Under the pieces are notes generated by a model that searched no databases, was not told where the DNA came from, and was given only the letters and a program-made list of their open reading frames with translations. Positions 57,027 through 64,000 of a stretch of 64,000 nucleotides of DNA are shown here, in pieces. The stretch lies in the NCBI GenBank assembly GCA_977018835.1, contig OZ361257.1, forward strand, positions 5,270,001 through 5,334,000. Reading direction: 5' to 3'. The DNA is from Minutocellus sp. GHC0000111 (lineage: Eukaryota). Position 1 is the stretch's first letter, and every line of letters starts with the position of its first letter. Both the position numbers and the translations under genes were made by a program.

Positions 57027-60000
57027 ATGACGATTGTCCATGATGCATCCTCTGGGCAGCATCAGCAGCAGCAGCGACGTCGCCTTCGTCGACCACGAAC
57101 AGTATCCAGGTCCGCTCGTTTGGCCTTGTCGGCGGGAATTATTGTTTATCAGCATGGAGTACTAGCAGGACCTGCAGAACCATCCACGTCTACTTCTGTT
57201 GGTGACATCACTAGAGTCTGGATCGGCGGCCGGTCCATCACAATTCCGGTAGGTAGCCTACAACAAACTGTGACGGTCGGTTCATTCGCTCCCGACCCAA
57301 TTGTTGTCAAAATCCCAAGCCTAATTTACAAGTAAGTCTAACTCATCTTTCTGTTGTTGTTTTTTCCCCTTCGTCTCCCGCGTTTGACCAAACACGAAAG
57401 GGCTCTACCACTACAAACAATGATGACAATCCGAAGAAAAAGGCATCTTCGCTGCTGCGAAGTATGAGGGGGGAATCTGAGAATAAGCAACAGAGGCAAC
57501 TGGCTACAACTCCCATTGAGACCTACTTTTTGCCGGCCGGTGAAACACAATTGCTGGACACGATGAATGCCGTGAATGCCAACGCAGCATCGCCTCTTCG
57601 AGGGATGAGTTCCCTGGCCATTGCAGCTCCCAACACAGTTGTGTGGTACGATCATGCGGAAGATGGATATGAAGGGGATATTTTGAACCCAGTGCAATCT
57701 ACAACGCGGATTTGGGGGGATGGCCTGGCGTCCAATGGATGTGCGCCTCCACTCGGCGAGACAGGCTATCCGGCTTGTACTGATGCTAATGATGTGCTCG
57801 ATGCCGGCACAGTGATTCTCCTCGATGAGGATGTGCCCGTCCCGAGAGATAGTAGCCTTATCCTCTACGATGGTGGAGATCGCATTCAAAGTTCCTTCCC
57901 CATCGACGTTACGCGCGGCGTTCACTCAGGTGGTAGTCCAGGGGCCTTGTTAGGGGGTGCAGTGGAAGTTCACAACACGGATAGTTGGGGCACCAGCTTC
58001 AAATCTCCGATAGGCATAATGATGCAGGATGATGCCACCGACTCGTTTTCTATCACCGAGATGTACGTGATGGCAGCAGAAGATAACACCGTCGTTACTT
58101 TGCCCGGTGGACCATTCGATATAACGAAGCCAGGCGGCGATCTCCATGTCATCACCAACACTGACCCCGCCATTAGTGAAGCATTTACGCTCGACATGGG
58201 TGACACTCTTCGAATATCTAAAATCAAGGTGAACGACTCCTTGACCTCAACAAAGCCAGTGCAGGTGGACCTAATCACCGGAGACCAAGGATCAAACTAT
58301 GAGATGAGATGGTATAGCCTGCTGCCCGTCGATTTGTGGACAAATGACTATTACACGCCGGTGGGCGATACGAATTCAAGAGTGTACTGCTATAATCCTC
58401 ACGACTTTGACTTCAAAATCAATTTGACAACATTGAAAAAATCAATACGAACACAATGACCGGAAAGGTGAGCTCGATCTGAAGAAGGGCCAAACCAAAA
58501 GGTTCGAGATCCCAAGAGAGGGGTCTGGATATCGTTTCTACTCCAAGAATGGTCTCCCAGGAGAGACTTTTTTCTGCGTCACGCAGACGGATGATGTAGG
58601 GGGCGGCCAGGCAAACGACTGGGGACATCCACTGATTCCAACTTCTACGTTGACTTCTAAGGTGATTGTTGGGCTCGCATATGGATGCCGAGACCCAACC
58701 AACTGTCCAATATCTCTTGATCATCCGCCTAACCCAATTTGGTTGACACCAACTGAAGATGCCGATATTCGAATAGATTTTGACTCCGACGGCGTCATTG
58801 ATCAAACCATACCGGACGTCTTGGCCATGCAGAGTGTATACATCTCAGATTCCGATAAAGACATGTCAGGAGCCACCATTTACGCAGTTGGAAATGTCGA
58901 CAACACCCACCCAGTGCCGATAGCAGTCGCATGGGGCCAGGCGCATGACTTGACGCTTGCCGAGTCCTACAACTTGGACATGGGAACAACAATCTTGCCG
59001 CTTCCTGTAATCTCAGCGGAAAAGACGTGCGAGGTGGTGGAATACAACATTTGCGATGGACAAATAAGTCCCGGTGCTACTTTGCGCTGCACCATCCGCG
59101 TCGTGAATATGGGAACTACCAACACCACATCTCTCAAATTCTGTGAGACTTTGGATCAACATGTGACGTACGTCCCAGGCAGTACTCTGAACGGCGAGGT
59201 TCAAGTTTCAGATTCCGGAAGTGGAACGGCTTTCCCTCTCGATGACACCTGCCTTACCCTTACCAACCTCAACATTGCAGTTGGAGGATATGATGAGATC
59301 TCATTCAATGTCACTGTTGCTGACTTTGCAACGTTGCCTCAGGGATATGAAACGCTTACGGATACAGGATCGATTTTGGATCCTCACAATAATGACAAGG
59401 AACTTACCTCCCTCGACACAAGAACTCAGATCAATCACTGCCCAGCCATTACTGTAACGAAGACTGTTGTTCTTGGAGCTGATGCCACATGCCCAGGTAC
59501 TTCCGACACCCTCGCAGGTGTTCCTGAGGGATCAACAGTCACTTACTGCTACAGTGTTATGAACACCGGAAGCACTAGTCTTGCGGATGTCTCTCTCGAT
59601 GACCCTACCCTTGGAGTAAACCAAGTTGTCGGAACTCTAGAAATTGGCCAGACCTTCTCGTATCAGGTCAACGACGTCGTTACTGCTACGGAAACAACTA
59701 CCGCCACTGCCACGGGCAACCCGGTCTACTCTGACCTCACACCCGACATGCCTACCGAGGTGGATGTGACGTCGACCGATAGTGCCAGCTGGTGGGTGCT
59801 ACTGCCTCGCCGACGAGACATCCCACTTTACCACCCGAGCCAGCCATTACCATCCTCAAGAGCGTGGCAGCGTCAGCTGCAGAGTGCGAGGGTGGCAAGG
59901 GTACCCAACAAGTCACAGTTCCCCAGAATACCACCGTTTACTTTTGCTTCCTCATTACCAACACCGGAGCAACTGATTTGTATCCTGTAAGGCTCTACGA

Positions 60001-60805
60001 CAAGCAGGTGAACTTGCTCCACAACTTCCCAACCACACTTTACCCGGGACATTCGTTCGCCTATGTTCATGCATATGATGCCACGAGTGCTATTTTGAAC
60101 GAAGCACAGGCATATGGACAAGTCCCTGGCACATCCTTTCGAGTGACTGATTCCGACACGGCAGAAGTGATCTTGCAGGATAAAGCTCCGGTGGCCGACG
60201 AAGCGACAGTAACTGCCGCACCAGCCACTACTTCGCCAGCGACATCGACCCCTACGAGTTTTCCCTCTTCGCAACCATCTTTGATGCCTAGCTCTGCGCC
60301 GACAAGGACTCTGACCACGGCACCTGTGGGATCGGGGCCGCTATTCATTGATGAATCAGAGCCACTCCTACTAGAATCCCAGGGAACTCCCGGAGATTCT
60401 GTTTCTCCGACCGCAGGCCCGACGTATCTTGTGGCGGCTGCCTCTCCTACCAACACCATATGCAAGACTGTAAATGTGACGGCAACCCAAGCGATTGAAA
60501 TTCGGAGCTTCATGTTTTACGTAGAAACTACCGATTGTATTTCAGTCTCGGTTCAGTACAAAGGAGAGAACGATACGCTTTGGACCCCCATGTGCCTGGA
60601 GCATGATGTTTGGGGACAGCATCCAAATGCGACGGTCGTTGATCCTACCTACTGCTCAATGATATCGGTTCTTCCTGACGAGACGGTACAGTTTCGCGTC
60701 CATACGTCACCATCCAACGGATGTGTTCATGGCGAGGGAGCTGTGCAGCATACAAATATTGACCTTGGAGAACTGTATGTTTATTCGGAAACCGAATGCT
60801 CCTAA
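57027..60805 (+). CDS. Large secreted protein with DUF11-like beta repeats and Pro/Thr/Ser linker (frameshifts ~58440 and ~59791)
   Basis: 'VVWYDHAEDGYEGDI.NP.Q.TTRIWGDG', repeated 'TVTYCYSVMNTG...L.DV.L.D' / 'VYFCFLITNTG'; first exon junction (57332) not resolved. Confidence 0.65.
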
Positions 60806-60951
60806 ATTGAGATAGATAAAAACTCACACAAATAAATGTGTGAAGAAACGAAACTAAACTTTAATCAGCCAGCGAATCGAATACTATATATCAAAAGCTA
60901 CGTAGGTGAATTCTAAGGAGTCCACTTATTTGATATCCAACTAGCTAGAGT

Positions 60952-63209
60952 CTACATGCCAAGTTTGTGCCGCCTAGGCTTGGTTACCTTGGCATTCGTC
61001 GCCTGCTTCTTCCTTTGCTTTTGTTTCCTCTGTTCCTTGGACATGGGAGGAGGAACCGCACGCTTTGACTTCTTGTTTACAGGGCTAACTTCATCCGCAT
61101 CATTCTCAGGATCCGGCCTCTTCTTCTTTTTTTCTGTTTTGCCCTTGGCTTTTTTGGTCGCCGTGCGTTCATTTTTGCGTTGCTTCGGCGATGATGATTC
61201 TTTTTCCTCGTCTTCGACACTACTTTCGCCATTACTGCCTCTCCCCTCGTCATCATGGACTGCTGTCCCTTCCTCGGGCGCTACCTTGTCAGCGTCGTCG
61301 TCGTCGCCTGGACGCTTGTCGCTCAATTTCTTCAATTTGGCTACATAAAAGCCATCGAAGTTATGAACGTGGGGATAAAAGCGGCGAGTCAAAGCGAGAG
61401 ATGGGTGGAATCTCTTTTGCTGGTATCGGGTGAAACCCGGTTTGCCTAAAAATTGAAGAGGTTCAGACGGAGAGATATTAATAAGGGTGAGACAAGGAAG
61501 ATGAGGTCAACACAAAATGATTGTGAATCAGTATGAATCAGTATGATTCTACCACTTTCGAACCGAATCCATTTGTTTGTATATTGTGTGTCGCACAAAA
61601 CAACTCACCAAAGTCCAACCCACTATCCACCAGCTTGACATCTCTCTTCTTAAGGACGTAGTTCACAACTTCCTCATTCTCCGGGACGCTCACAGAGCAG
61701 GTTGAGTAAACAATGTATCCACCACCTTTCTTATAGCTTAGAGCATCGATGGCCGACAACAGGATTTCCTTCTGTAGAACTACCGTTCTGTGGACATCGG
61801 CCATCGTTCTTTGGACCTTGACAGACGGATCTCGAGAGATGACGCCAAGGCCGGAACAGGGAGCATCAAGCAAAACCTTGTCGAACTTGTTTGGCCAAAG
61901 CTTGCCCAGCTTCCTCCCATCGTAGGCACAGGTGATGACGTTCCGCACCCCGAGCCTGTGCATATTGGCCACTGTGGCTTTCTGGCGGTCGGGCTTGAGA
62001 TCGTTGGCGACGATGGAACCTGTGTTGCGCATCAGCTGGGCCAGATACGAAGTCTTTCCTCCGGGGGCGGCCGACATGTCCAAAACCCGCTCGTTGGGCT
62101 GAGGGCTCAGGGCCATGACAGGACACATTGAGGCGGCACTCTGGAGCATGTAGTGTCCGGCGAGGTATTCTGGGGTGGCACCGACTGGGACGGGACTCTC
62201 CGAAATCTTGAGACCAACCTTGGACCACGACGCGAGAGGGTCAAGGGTGACCCCACGCTTCAGCAGGGCGGCAGCCAGATCCTTTCTGCGAGCCTTGAGA
62301 GTGTTCGTGCGGATAACGAGGGGGCGGGGAGAGTCAGATGCCGTTAGGAACTCCAATGTCTCTGCTGGACCAAACATGGAGAGGAAGTGCTCCACCAATT
62401 CGGGAAGATATCCAAACAGCTCGGCCATATCCGATTGGAGTTGATCGATGTACTCCGATCGCGACCGACCCGGTTCTCTCCTCGTCTTGAAGTCGGCCAG
62501 AACCTCCAATATGGCGTCGATCCGCTCCCGCAATTCCGTCGGAGGAACGACGCGATCCTCGTCGTCCTCCAGCTCCTCGGGCGTCGGTAGATGGAAAACC
62601 TCCGTCGAGTGCTGGATGGTGCGGCGATACTCGGCCTCGGCCTCGGCTTCCTCTATTTCCATCTCCCGGTCGATGAGGCGCGATTGACGCTCCACCTCCA
62701 GCATTTCATCGTCCGAATCCTCTGCGGAGGAAGACGAATCAGAGCCTCCGCCGTGGCCACTTCGCTTGACAAACTCGTCGTCTTCAGATCCACCATCGTC
62801 GCTGGCATCACTATCATCCTCATCCGAACTTGACATGAGCTGCTGCTTGGCCTTGGCCTTTGACTTGGGCTTGAGCCAATCGGCATTCTCGTCGGAGAAG
62901 AACGCCACATCTTCGTCCGAGTCGTCTTCCGAGTCTTCCTCAGAGTCTTCCTCCTCAGAGGAAGGAGGAGGAGCACGACGAGCAGAGCGAGATGCAGCCC
63001 GACCCACCACCTTCTTTCCCCCCTCCTCGTCAGAAGAGGAATCCGATGTACTAACAGCGCCAGCTGCGACTTGAATCGGCCGAGCGCTTCTTGACAGCCG
63101 TACTTCTAGTAGCTGATGCGCCCATCTTCTTCTTGCTGGGCGTCTTGGAAGACGGCGGCTTGGAGGAGCGACCGCTCCTTCGCAAGGCGGGTGCTGATTT
63201 GGTGCCCAT
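60952..63209 (-). CDS. NOP2: NOP2 nucleolar rRNA cytosine-C5 methyltransferase (frameshift at ~63055-63100)
   Basis: 'IRTNTLK.RRKDLA', '[11 protein letters not shown]', '[11 protein letters not shown]', 'LLDAPCSG', 'VYSTCS', '[19 protein letters not shown]'; intron 61446-61608; ATG at 63209 is out of frame with the core. Confidence 0.95.
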
Positions 63210-63443
63210 GATTGCTCTTTACTGACTGACCACCGTGGAATGAGCAGAGAGGCAGGCGTTGTTCTGTTCAGGCAGATTTCGCCTTTCGCTTTGATGATTT
63301 GATTATTCGATGGCCAAGAAGCAGCGATGTGGAGTGAAGGACAGACCGAGCCACCGGCGGACGGCCGGCCCAAGCGCTTTTGCAAGCGCGCCCGAAAGCC
63401 AAGCATCTACTGCAGTGTACACTCACCGGCCGCACCGGTAACC

Positions 63444-64000
63444 ATGTCTGCCTGGGGAAAGGGCAGCTCGCTCCGCTCCTGCGACTCACTTCTCGAAAGG
63501 GTTGAGAAGAATGATCCAAATTTACAAAGTCTGGCTCTTCTGCCCCTAAAGAATTTCACGTCCGACGACTGCCTTCGGCTTGCTTCTGCCATTCGAGGCA
63601 ATGGTGCCGAGGGGCACTTACGTTCCATCCACGCATCGGGCCATGCGGTATCAGTGGAAGCCTTGGAGGCGTTGGGGGCAGCCGTTGCCTGTTCTGGTGG
63701 GAAAATCACATCGCTGGCCATCGGCGATTCACAAATGGGTGACGAGGGAATAACGGCACTTTGTCGCGGTTTGTCGTACGAGTGTGCTACACCCTCGGAA
63801 GGCTCGTCGTCACCTTCAGCTCCAGCTCCAGCATTACAGGTTCTCGACCTCAGCTACAAGGGTGCGTCGAAAGGGGCCATGAGAGCCCTGGGTGAATGCT
63901 TATCAGCAAAACGGTATTCTTCTCTCGTCTCGCTAGATCTGTCCCGAAATGAGGGCATTGGTGAGAACGGTGGCATTGAGGTACTTTCCCAGGCTTTTGA
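63444..64000 (+). CDS. RNI-like leucine-rich-repeat protein (runs off window)
   Basis: Open frame from ATG: 'LLERVEKNDPNL', 'SLAIGDSQMGDEGITALCRGL', 'LQVLDLSYK', 'SLDLSRNEGIGE'. Confidence 0.75.
   Translation, partial: MSAWGKGSSLRSCDSLLERVEKNDPNLQSLALLPLKNFTSDDCLRLASAIRGNGAEGHLRSIHASGHAVSVEALEALGAAVACSGGKITSLAIGDSQMGDEGITALCRGLSYECATPSEGSSSPSAPAPALQVLDLSYKGASKGAMRALGECLSAKRYSSLVSLDLSRNEGIGENGGIEVLSQAF

Overview
Eukaryotic nuclear DNA, most consistent with a diatom or other stramenopile (short GT-AG introns, 'ASAF'-type plastid-targeting signals, diatom-style bZIP/CDPK/DUF3727 genes). It holds about 25 protein genes, often head-to-head: ARM-repeat protein, SDR, AMPK-gamma/SNF4, bZIP, RSM22/METTL17, U1-70K, amidohydrolase, MAP65, COQ3, CDPK, TatD, SLC37-like MFS, METTL21-like, PAPS transporter, RPS23, two DUF3727 paralogs, aldose 1-epimerase, a DUF11-repeat secreted protein, NOP2 and an LRR protein. 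Main observations: (1) a 4.24-kb Kolobok-type DNA transposon (TTAA TSD, 17-bp TIRs, convergent transposase plus a KolX-like ORF that appears to carry an RPA70N-like OB fold); (2) intergenic DNA saturated with TA-flanked micro-palindromes (TACATGTA, TACCGGTA, TAGGAATTCCTA and others) that, judged from paralogous repeat copies, were inserted at TA sites and match the ends of MITEs in the window, i.e. likely stacked excision footprints; (3) roughly half the host genes, including normally essential ones, carry in-frame stops, frameshifts or apparent multi-base deletions, pointing to a decaying haplotype/homeolog or a poorly polished assembly; (4) nested MITEs and a 5'-truncated non-LTR insertion with a 16-bp TSD. 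Family assignments come from motif recognition by eye; no database searches were run.
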